From Ministeria vibrans ATCC 50519 (taxonomy: Eukaryota; Protista; Filasterea), in NCBI GenBank assembly GCA_943704425.1, contig CALSCP010001415.1, positions 1 through 44,738 on the forward strand: a stretch of DNA of 44,738 nucleotides, given 5' to 3'. The position numbers were made by a program, and so were the translations under genes. The notes under the pieces are model-generated. The model saw only the letters and a list, made by a program, of their open reading frames with translations. It had not been told where the DNA came from and searched no databases. The stretch's first letter is position 1. Each line of letters starts with the position of its first letter. Below are positions 35,001 through 44,738 of this stretch, in pieces.

Positions 35001-36723
35001 GCCCTTTGTACAGCTGGAGCCCTACTGCTCGGGCACGTGTCAGGCGACGGGTCGCTCGTGCACCCTCCAGACTGTATTCGGACGCAGTTCGTGTGCATGC
35101 AGCGGAGCGGTGCCGCCCGAGCCCACAGTGTGCACAGCGGATTATGTGCGCAACGAGTGCACGGGAACCTGTGTGGTGAATGGCGTGAAGCGCTCGTGCG
35201 TGGGCGACTATGTGAACCGCAAACTGCGAGGGTGTGGGTGTGGCACGTTTGACACGGAGTGTACGGTGTCGGGCGAGACCTGCTCGGGCACGTGCAATGG
35301 ACAGGCATGTGTGGCGACGACGACAACCAAGCCGGGCACTCTGTTCAGTCGACCGCGTACGGTGCTGACGGGTTGCCAGTGTGCGGCGGTGACGCCGTCG
35401 CCCACGGGCTGCGTGGCCAACTACTTTAAGCAGACGTGCACAGGCTCGGTGGGCACGCCACCGCGCAAGTGCGTTGGTCGCTACCTCGGCTTTCGTCTGG
35501 TGGGCTGCGAGGCAACGCCCGAGGTGATCACCTCATCAGGCTGCTATGTGCGCAACAAGATCTGCTATGGCGTGTGCTCGGCGACGGGCTCGCGCTGTTT
35601 CCCGAGCACCTACAACGGTGTCATGACCAAGTGTTCGTGCGCCGAAGTACCCGGTACCGACTGTGGCACGGGCGGATTTTTGCGACGCGGCAAGATGTGC
35701 ATTGCGCAGCCTAAGCCCCGTGAAGTCTTGGGGGTGCCTGAGCCATCGGTGATCACCATGGAGGAGACCGTGTTGGGCCTGGATGATTCACTCGAGGTGA
35801 GCATTCCACCGACACAGCTGACACGCGACCGATCCAACGGAGTCATGTATGTGATTGAGCGGGACCCACTGCCGACGTGTACCAGTCGTTTCCGGGGTGA
35901 CTGTGTTGAGGCGCCCGAGGAGCTCAGTGAGTTTATTGCGGACCCTCGATCGACGTCGACGACGCGCGCCGAGGATGAGCGTCCCGAGGACGTCGAGAGC
36001 ATCGAGCAGGTGTTTACCGTGACGGCGTTTGAGTCGCCGCGTCTGCGACATCAGACCGAAGCGCTTGAGTTGGCGTCGGTTGAGAATGAGGAAACGGACG
36101 ATGCGGAGCCGGTGCGCGTGCGAACGAACCATCTGATTGAGCCATTGGAGCTGAACGTGCCCATTCCGTCGACGGTTGACCCTGAGCGAGTGAATGTGCT
36201 CATGCTGGACCTGTCTGTGCCGACGCGGCCCAAGCGCCGCTCGTGGTTGCCCGTCTCGAGCTCGTGCAGTGCGGCGAAGCGCAAGCGAACGTTGTTTGGC
36301 CGACGTCGACTGCGGGTGAACACGTGTCACTTGACGCAGTTTGCGGTGGTGGTGGCGCAGTGTCCAAGCACGTGTCCGTCGTGCGTGTGCTCAGCTGGGG
36401 TGTGTGAGTGTCCAGCGTCGTCGTCGTCCGTGGCGGCCATTGGCGGTGGAGTGGGCGCTGCGCTGCTCATTGCACTGCTTGCGCTTGTCATTGTCATTGT
36501 GGTGGTGCGTCGTCGTCGCCAGTCGAGTCGCTCGGCGCTTCTGGGGTCGGCGCTGTCGCTGCGTCGCCACGACTCCGTGGTGAGCACCATATCGGAGGTG
36601 GTCGAGGAAGAGTATCAGGCGGTGGGCATGTCGGACAATAGCATGATGATTATGGACGAGTCGTCGACGCTCGCCTATGCTCCTTTGGGCACGGCTGCCC
36701 TTCGTTACTCTGAAGACATTTGA
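17001..36723 (+). CDS. Giant (~6521 aa) type I membrane protein: signal peptide, vitellogenin/LLTP-like module, TSP1, M15 Zn-peptidase, peptidoglycan-binding domain, bacterial-type Ig/cadherin-like repeats, 46 EGF repeats, Cys-rich repeats, GPS-like motif, single TM and short tail
   Basis: Exon 1 at 17001-17129 (MLSLLLVLPALALASA...FEPDEVYTYAF) splices in phase 0 to exon 2 at 17287-36723, which is an uninterrupted ORF. Domains were recognised from motifs detailed in the findings. Confidence 0.93.
23893..29157 (+). repeat. Tandem array of 46 Notch-type (mostly calcium-binding) EGF repeats
   Basis: Counted by hand; consensus NIDEC.S.PC.NGG.C.D.VN.F.C.C..GY.G..C, about 38 aa per unit. Confidence 0.95.
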
Positions 36724-36728
36724 GTCTT

Positions 36729-36802
36729 TAGAGAGAGAGAGAGTTAGAGGGGAAGAGAGAGAGAGAGAGTTAGAGGGGAAGAGAGAGAGAGAGAGTTAGA
36801 GG

Positions 36803-36879
<77 letters not shown>
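36729..36879. repeat. (GA)n microsatellite with three GTTAGAGGGGAA interruptions
   Basis: Visible immediately after the stop of the giant gene. Confidence 0.95.
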
Positions 36880-36880
<1 letters not shown>

Positions 36881-36947
36881 AAGAGAGAATGTCTTATACA
36901 TAAAAGAGAAGAACAAATTTATTTTTACAACAGCTTTGAAGTACAAT

Positions 36948-37245
36948 CTACTCGTTGTCTATCTCGGGAATGGCAGTTTCGATCCAGCCTGCGCGATGCG
37001 GAGGCCAAAGAACGGCGGGAACGCGAGCGGTGACAAGGGCCAAAGGCACTGGACCAAAGCGATAGCTATCACGACTCACTGGGCCATTGTCGCCGGCAAC
37101 AAAGCAGTGGCCCTTGAAGAGGAGAAGGAAAAGAGGGAAGTGAGAAACATGCGACATGTATGAGAGGGGTTGTGGTGAGGAGTACCGGGGGGACAACGAC
37201 TATGCCTTTGTCGCGGCGCAGCTTGACAATGTCACCCTGTGTGTG

Positions 37246-37316
<71 letters not shown>

Positions 37317-37820
37317 TGCGAGTGAGTGTGTGTGCGTGTATGTATGATGTATGTGTATTATGGTGTGTGTGTGTGTGCGTGTATGTATTTGTATTATGGT
37401 GTGTGTGTATGTGTGTGTGAGTGCGCTTGGTGTCGATTCTCGTGTTGGAAAGCTATACCTCAAGTGCAATAATGCGCTTGACCATGAGCAAGTCGGGTTT
37501 CTCCGGTGATCTACGCGACTGTGTGAGTGTTGGTCAGACGCAACAACCTGTTTCGTACTGCAAACAGACGACTTCGCCTCGTTTCAGGCACCCATGACCA
37601 AGGAGGTTAAGTACGAGCTTATCCAGCAGGATAACATCGGTCACATTGGGCTCTTCGGGGTTCAGTAAAGGCTGAGGAGCGGCGTGGAGTGAGAGCGGGG
37701 CGTTTTCACTTTCCTTGACACGCGAACCTGCATTGATCGACCTTCGACTCGGGCTGGCGACGAGACAAATGTCAGCGTGACTATGGTCACGGGCAAGGTG
37801 TTGACCATTGCCCGTAACAT
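36948..37820 (-). CDS. IMMP2L: Mitochondrial inner membrane protease subunit (IMP2-like, peptidase S26)
   Basis: Spliced ARVEGRSMQ|PLLNP...DVILLDK...RGEVVCLQSPEKPDLLMVKRIIALE|GDIV...VPP|GHCFVAGDN...SRDSYRFGPVPLALV...VLWPP. The catalytic Ser and Lys are present. Confidence 0.88.
37238..37419. repeat. (GT)n microsatellite in an IMMP2L intron
   Basis: Visible run; the flanking exons splice in frame. Confidence 0.95.
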
Positions 37821-38605
37821 TCTAAGGGAGGAAAGAAAGAAATAATTTTGATTTTTATTTTTGACAAATAAGTAGGTTGAATAACTCATGAGTAGCTACC
37901 TGCGCAGTGCGCAGAGTCGATAGAGTGTCGGAAATGACTATTGATTAATGGATACTGACTGCTCCGTACTCCTTCGTACGAAGTACGGAGAGTGAGGTCT
38001 GAAAAGTAAGGTTTGCTTACTGACTCACTCACTGTCGTGTTGGTTGATTTTCGCCAGGAGCAGCTTCTGGAGCGCTTATGGGACAGGAATCTTCCGACAG
38101 TTCTACGTGAGTTTCTTGGCATCTCTCTTGTAGAGCAGGATGACGCGTGTCGATCGCCATGGTTGTCGGGATCGCCATTGCATTTTGATCGTTTCACCTT
38201 TCCGCCTTTGGAGTATGAACGCGCCCTGCCCAATCCATCATGTACATCATTGCACCGTTGAGTCAATCGTTGACTGTCAAGACCCGTTACGCTCTTGGGA
38301 CGCGTACGGTTGACACTGTGAAATTTCACATCAATCGACTTCATTTCGACTTCATTTCGGCTCGGAACCTCTCAGACCTGTCAGTCTGCCACAGGTACGT
38401 TTGCATTGAGAGTTTGAGACAGGATTGTCAGAAGAGAAAGCTCAGAAGTGAGTTGACGATTGTTCAAATGCGGATGACGCGTGACGCGGCGCGTTTGTGC
38501 TGTGTCGCGCGTTCGTCTCCAACGCGTTTTTTATTCAAACTTTTTTTTTTCATTTTTACTTTTTTTTCTCTCTTCCCCCCCTGAGAACGATTTAAAAAAC
38601 GAACA

Positions 38606-39550
38606 ATGACAACTGAAACGACGATCGTACCCGAGGAGGTTGCAGTAGAGACGCCTGTGAAGGACGTGGAGATGAAAGACGCGACGGCCGCGGTGGAGGA
38701 GGCGATTGGCGACGCGCAAGAAGAAAAACAGGAGACGAGTGTCGTGCCCGATGAGGACAAGGCGGACGGTTTGGACGCGAGCGCTAACGACAATGAGGCT
38801 GTGCCTAGTCAAGAGAAGGTTGTGGCGAAGAAGGCGACGACGGAGAAGAAGGTTGAGGCGGAGGTGGCGAACGTGCGTCGATCGCGTCGCGAACGAAAAC
38901 CGCGCGTGTTTGAAGATCGCGCCAAGGAGGAAGATCTCGCGATGAGCCTTGAGGATGAGGATGAAGATGAGGATGAGGGTAAGGAGGACGACGACGATGA
39001 TGATGACTACGAGAAGAAGATGGCGAGCGAGGGCGAGGAGGAATATGAGGCTTACGACGACGAAGAAGTGCCCGACGAGGACGATGGCGACGACGCCGAC
39101 GACGCCGACGACGATGCTACTATGAAGAAGAAGAAGAAGACGGGCAGCAAGCGAAAGTCACCTGCAAAGAAGAAGGATGCGACTGAAGAGCCTCGCAAAC
39201 GTGCGAAGAAGGGCGTGTCGCCGACAAAGAAGGAGCCCGCGAAAAAGCCTCTTGCGCTCAAGTCGTCCAAGTTGGTTCAGCCGAAGAAGACGGTTCTGAA
39301 GACAAAAGAGAAAGAAGAAGAAGAAGAAAAAGAAGAAGAAGAAGAAGAAGACAGTGAGAAGGAGGGTGAAGAGGACGCGGGCTCGTCGTCGTCGTCGGGA
39401 AGTGGGAGTGAGGAGAATGACGCGAAGAAGAACAAGGCGATGCCGACTGTCAAGCCGGGCCTGAAGAAGCCATTGACGCTGGGCGGTGGCCTCAAGAAGC
39501 GTCCTTTGGGATTGGGTCCCAAGAAGCCCTTCAAGCCTCTTCTGACCTAA
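38606..39550 (+). CDS. Hypothetical acidic/Lys-rich low-complexity protein, 314 aa, single exon, probably nuclear
   Basis: Long ORF with coding-like codon usage, E/D tracts, RRSRRERK and multiple basic NLS-like clusters. No recognised domain. Confidence 0.7.
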   Translation: MTTETTIVPEEVAVETPVKDVEMKDATAAVEEAIGDAQEEKQETSVVPDEDKADGLDASANDNEAVPSQEKVVAKKATTEKKVEAEVANVRRSRRERKPRVFEDRAKEEDLAMSLEDEDEDEDEGKEDDDDDDDYEKKMASEGEEEYEAYDDEEVPDEDDGDDADDADDDATMKKKKKTGSKRKSPAKKKDATEEPRKRAKKGVSPTKKEPAKKPLALKSSKLVQPKKTVLKTKEKEEEEEKEEEEEEDSEKEGEEDAGSSSSSGSGSEENDAKKNKAMPTVKPGLKKPLTLGGGLKKRPLGLGPKKPFKPLLT

Positions 39551-39742
39551 ACCTCTGTGTGTGTGAATACAAAATTCATGAAAAAGAACGAATTTTCCCT
39601 ACGTCTAATAATAAAAAGAAGAATAATAATAACAACTTGCTTATTATTATTATTATTATTATATTTTTATTAATCATTTTGTACACTAATAGTTAATAAT
39701 AATAATTATTAATAATATTATTATTTGATGGACGTTGTGCTG

Positions 39743-42187
39743 TTAAATGTCTGCTTCGGGGGCATCCTGAAGGTCCATGGCCATGGCGTTGGGATAGGAA
39801 ATTTGGGTGTCGCCAGAGTGAGCATTGTGGACAACACGAAAGGTGGGAAGAAGAGTTCGACGGGAGGAGGAGATGGGGGCGGCACTGAGCGGGTGGATGG
39901 GGGCGTGTGAAAAGTCAGCGGTGTCGCGTGGGGAGACGAGGGCAGGAGGCGAAGCGACGGGAGTGGAACTGGTGTCGCTAGCCCAGACTGATTTGGGGTG
40001 TTTTGAGGGTTTGGTGCTTGTGGTGAGATTTGTGGTGGAACGGGCTTTGCGGGGTGCCTTGACAACGGTGGTGACGACGGAACCGATGGATGAGGCGGAG
40101 TCGGAGCGATTGGAGCGCGCCGTCGCAGGGGAGGAAGCACCACTAAGGAGTTTTTGGATATTCTGTTGAGTTTGGGGGGAGCGACCAGGCAAAGGAGGGG
40201 ATTGGGGCAGAGGGGGAGGGGGGATGGAGTTGAGATTGGTGGAGGCAATGGAGAGTGAGGAGGTGTTCATGTTGGCGGTGTTGTCGTTGAGGTTGGTTGA
40301 GCCGAGGGCGTTGTAGGCGGAGGAGGAGAGGAGACCGCGACGGGAGTGGGAAGGAGCTGCGCTGGAAGGGACATAGGCAATGCTTGTGCTGCTATTTGAG
40401 GGGTTGAAGTGAGGAAGCGTGCGGAGGGATTCGTTCATCATAAGGTCGTTGATGGTGGTGGGCGGTGCCTCAAAGGCAAAAGCGCTATCCGAGTCGGCGT
40501 ACGTCGTGTCATCCCTGTTGTGCATGGCAGTGGTGTATGAGATGGGTCTGGGTCGGGCAGAGTGGGCAGGGGTGGAGGTGGCGCGCGCCGCAGTGTTGCT
40601 GCTGAGGCCTTTGCCGCCGTAGCTGAGACTCTGTGCGAGCGGAATCATCTCAGTGTCGTCGTCGAATTGGTCCATTTGGTAGCCATGGCCGCTCGTGCGA
40701 CGGATTCCACTGTTGTCTAGCGTAAAGTCGGTTGTGTCGCCATCGAGTGTTACTGTTGCTGCAATGTCCGTGATGTCGTCAATGTCGTGGCTAGTGGTGT
40801 TGTGGGTGCTGCGCAAATCTGCGTCCCAGTGCTCCGATGTGGGATTAGTGGGTAGTGTACCGCTGCCAAAGATCCTTTGCAATGAGCCCAAGTTGAGTGC
40901 GTCGACTGTACTTGCACCATTCAAACTGGCAAGCGACACGGCCGGCTGTGAGTGTCGGGCCCAGTAAGGCTCTTCAAAGTCATCGGGATCCGGCTCGAGA
41001 GGATCCTTTCTGCTGTCGTTGTGCTGCGGTTGCTGCTTTGGTTTGTTCAAGGGTCGAGTTGGACCAGGTGAGGTGAGAGAGGTGCGCGCAAGTGAGGCAG
41101 TGATAGAATTGACACGCTTGAAAGGCTGAGTGGGTTCGTCGCTGACAGCAAAGGTGCGTACAATTTGCGGGGGTCGTGGAGGAGCGGGGTACTTGGTGAG
41201 ACTAGTGTTGCTTGTGGCGACGTGTTGCGTCTGCGTTGCGATAGTCGCCTCTGATGTCTCGTCTTCGCCACAGATGAGGTGACGCACTGCGGTCGGCGAC
41301 GCAAGACTGCCAGCAGCGTAGCGACTGGGACGTGTCGTCTTTTTTTCGGGCGAAGTGGGACGCAAAGAAGCCTGATCGTAGTGAATAACTTCGTGGGCAC
41401 TCGGGTCGACATGATCGACATTGGTGGCACTTGTTGACATAATCAGAGTGGAGGGCACATTAAACGTGTCGTCGAGAGAGCCGAGTGAAGGACGCGTTGG
41501 CGGAAGGTCATCGGGAAAGTCACTGACGTTCACCGTTGCATTCATGGTGGTCAAGTCGTTGTAGACGCCCGACGATTCCAACAGGTACATGTCGCGCACT
41601 TCGAGACGGTGACGGTCGTCAATGACAAACTGTTCGGTCGGCGTTGGCTCGCTCTTTTGTCGAGTGAGCGTCAGTCGTCGACCCAGACTGCGACTGGCAG
41701 GCTCGGGCGGCATCGACGGCCACAAACTCCGTTGCTGCAGCTGTCAGGGGTGATTTGAAAAAAAAAGAAGAAGAAGAAGAAGAAGAAGAAGCACAAAAGA
41801 AAGATTGAATGGTGTCATTTTACAAGAGAGGGAGTCAACAGGGGAGTACCTTTCTTCGTTGCCGTATCTTCAGGTAGACGCGTATGGCAATCGCGGCAAG
41901 GACAATGGCCAGAGCGCCAACTAAAATGCCCACAATGGGTTTCCAGGCTGACAGCGAATCGGGAGACAGAGCGACAGTGAGAAGACATGAGACCAAGACG
42001 AGTGTGTGCGTGCATCATCGGTGAAGTGAGTGCGCGAGAAATCGACGCGTGTGTAAGCTGATTTCGCGTTTTTTGAGCCGAGGTGAGAACACGACTTTTT
42101 TTTTTTTTTTTTTTTCTTCTATTATTAATTCTCATAATAAATATATTATAATACTTCAGTTGTCGATTGGCGTGTACCTTCAACCAT
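39743..42187 (-). CDS. Single-pass membrane protein with an N-terminal TM and a long S/T/P-rich disordered tail (~700 aa)
   Basis: Exons 42187-42178, 41947-41850 and 41740-39743 splice in frame to MVEAWKPIVGILVGALAIVLAAIAIRVYLKIRQRRKLQQRSLWPSMPP. The true start may lie further upstream. Confidence 0.72.
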
Positions 42188-42325
42188 GGGCTGGTAGGAG
42201 CCTAAATCACAGTGTGCGAAAGTGAGAAGAGAGATGAATAAGTGACTGTCCGCTGTCGCAAATTCGTTAAGGCGAAGAAATAAAGGAGGAAGATACAAAG
42301 TCATAATAATAATTTAAAAGGCTTA

Positions 42326-42362
<37 letters not shown>

Positions 42363-43185
42363 ATTAAAATTATTATTATCGATGGGCTTTTTTCGGGACT
42401 TACTCATCTAGATTCTAGAAGTCTATTGCCGAAGTTAGAAAGTATTTGCTATATAGTATTGCGATGCTTCGCCTGCTTGCCTGCTTCTTGTTTTGACATT
42501 GAGTACAGCTCTCGATTGTTCATTGTTGAAAATTATATTTGAGACAAAACCGCAACTTCACCAAAACTCATAACACACCACCTCTCTTACGCCGCGAGTA
42601 CGACGAGTGTCGACGACTCGACGTCTCGGCTCTCGACAAGTGACGACTACACCATCCATCGATCTGTTTGATCGTTCGGTTGTCTGCTCGCGGAATACGG
42701 GGGATGTGTCACAGGGAATCGCAAGATGTTGCAGTGCAACGGATTCGATATCATTGGTTGCGACGGCAGCGCTTCACTGTTTCCCGCCTAAGATTTAGGG
42801 GTGTGTGTGTCGTGTACCTGTTCGCCTGTCACCTGTGGGTAGTGGCATGGAGCGCGCCGTTCCGCTGTAAGGCGAAGGGCGGTCGCCACAGCTTGGTCCC
42901 TTGAACGCAACTTCCAACACAACCGTACACGGCTTGCCGAGGCATATCCTGTGGAGACACACTCTCTGGCGTACTGACTAGAAGCTGTGTAGACCGTAAC
43001 GAGTCCGTGCACAGTGCCTACACTCGTAGAAGTCGACAACAGGCGATAATCATTTGTCGGGATGAGACATTTGCGGCTTGCGGGTTTGAATAAGGATCCT
43101 TAGAGTGTCGCGGACTGTCTCCGATTCCCGATTCCACATTTAATCTACAGAATATTTTCACTTTTTCCACCCACTCTAAGGCCAC

Positions 43186-44738
43186 ATGAAGTACATCTCT
43201 GTTCTCCTTCTCCTGGCGGTGCTGGCATTGTCTCTCTCTGCTGTCGTCGCCACTGAAAACTCTCACTTTGAGAAATCTCGTTTTGCGCGTTCGTCCTACC
43301 TACCGACGCTCAGTCGCCAGGCGCGGGCCGCACCAAACTGTGCAGCGGGCCGGTACCGCTACTCATCCTCGTCGTGCCAAGAGTGCAAGTAAGCGCAATT
43401 CCTTTTTTTTTTTTTCTTCTCTTGTTGCTTTTTTTTTTTTGGCTTGCGGTTTGGCCTTTTTCGTGCGACGCTCATTGCTGCCACTTCCCGTCCCCGATAA
43501 ATTGCGCACCGAGCGCTAAGCCAGTCCACATGCAGTGTACACCGTCCCTGTATCCTTTGATTGAGTGTACTCACTTTCCTGGCGACACACACACAAAAAA
43601 AAACAAAAAAAATTTCGTTTCTTATCACGATTTCGCTCTCTCAACCGAAAATTGTGTCTTAGCTCTTGTGATTGCGGCTGGTTCAATTGGAGTTGGTGCT
43701 CTAACGACTGTGGCGATTGCGGCTGCAACCATTAGTAAGAAATATCGAATCGTTCTCATCCTTACCCACAAGTTCACACAAGGACTGACTGTGTTGTTTT
43801 CCTCACACAGTCTCGCTTGCGCCAACTGTTCTCCTGGAAGGTACTCAAGCACCACCAACGCAGGCAGCTGCACCGCATGCGCCGCTGGTCGGTACCAGGG
43901 CGCCAGTTCCGCCACATCTTGTCCAAACTATTGCGCTGCGGGCAAGTACTCGCCCTCTGGTGCATCGGTACACAATAATATGAATAATAATATTAATCAT
44001 AATAATAATTCATACATACTAATTTTTATTCTACTTTCTCACTTGTTGGTACAACAGGTGTGTACCGACTGTGGATACGGTGCGTATTCGGCGTCAGGTG
44101 TTGGTAGTTGCACCAACTGTGTGGCAGGAAAGTATTCCTCGATCACAACTGGAAGGTTCGACTTGTGGTTTATTGAGGATTTTTTAATTACTATTATATC
44201 TGTAGTGCTTGTCCGGCATGCGCCAGTGGAACATACTCAGGCGCTAAAGCCTCCGGATGCACAAATTGCGCAGCAGGCAAGTACGCTCCTTCGGATTCAT
44301 CGGTACGGTATGTTTTGTTTTGAGGTTTGTTACTTAACCCTCCAATCTCGCTCGATGTAGACGTGCTACGATTGTCTTGCTGGTACCTACAGGTAGACAA
44401 CAGTCCTAAGTCAAAAGCAACGGTGGATATCATAATCATACACTTTGCCATTCTTCTTAGTGGATCCAAGGCAGGCAGCTGTACCTCATGTTCGGCCGGA
44501 ACGTTCAGTGGTGCCATGGCGACCACTTGCACCAGCTGCACGGCCGGCAAATTTTCTCCAGCAAAATCGTCCACGTGCAGTAACTGTGGCGCAGGAAAGT
44601 ACAGCGCGGCTTCGGCGGGACTGTGTCTTGATTGCGCGGCCGGCACCTACTCTGGCGCCGTTGCGTCGTCATGCACGTCGTGTCCCAACGGAAAAATCAG
44701 CCCTGCCGCCTCCGCCTCCTGCACCGACTGTGGTGTTG
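43186..44738 (+). CDS. Secreted/surface Cys-rich protein with GCC2/GCC3 (ephrin-receptor-like) repeats, running off the window end
   Basis: Signal peptide MKYISVLLLLAVLALSLSAVVA and an RQAR site are followed by many small exons encoding C..C.AG.YS repeats (e.g. CTACAAGRYQ, CTNCVAGKYS). Confidence 0.85.

Noticed and set aside
37962-37990. Inverted repeat CTCCGTACT...AGTACGGAG
   Set aside because: It has only a 9-bp stem, too short to call a MITE or structured RNA.
38013-38400. Possible small gene between IMMP2L and the acidic protein
   Set aside because: Splice-like signals are present, but I could not build a coherent reading frame or recognise a product.
42580-43050. GC-richer intergenic segment with short ORFs
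   Set aside because: No recognisable protein, RNA gene or transposon hallmark could be supported.

Overview
Gene-dense, intron-rich eukaryotic DNA with GT-AG introns, many containing microsatellites. It is most likely from a flagellated unicellular holozoan; this is inferred from MAGUK PDZ/SH3/GuK genes, IQCA1 and Notch-type EGF arrays. Genes in order: an SPF30/ZGPAT-like first exon, Timeless, a Dlg/MPP-type MAGUK fragment, an acetyl-CoA synthetase 3' exon, a MAGI-like PDZ-GuK-GuK gene, an IQCA1 5' part, a LYSMD-like LysM gene, an SDR oxidoreductase, a cyclophilin 3' part, an F-BAR-like first exon, a giant ~6521-aa single-pass surface protein, IMMP2L, an acidic/basic low-complexity protein, a signal-anchored adaptor-like protein and a secreted Cys-rich repeat protein. 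The giant protein is the standout. It has a vitellogenin/LLTP-like lipid-transfer module interrupted by a TSP1 + M15 Zn-peptidase + peptidoglycan-binding cassette, and 46 EGF repeats that appear nested inside a split bacterial-type Ig/cadherin-like domain. It also carries paired polybasic processing sites, a GPS-like autoproteolysis motif, one TM helix and a Tyr-motif tail, and nearly all of it is encoded by one 19.4-kb exon. Several other genes are half-genes that break at microsatellites or homopolymers, probably assembly misjoins. All domain calls come from motif recognition by eye; no database searches were run.
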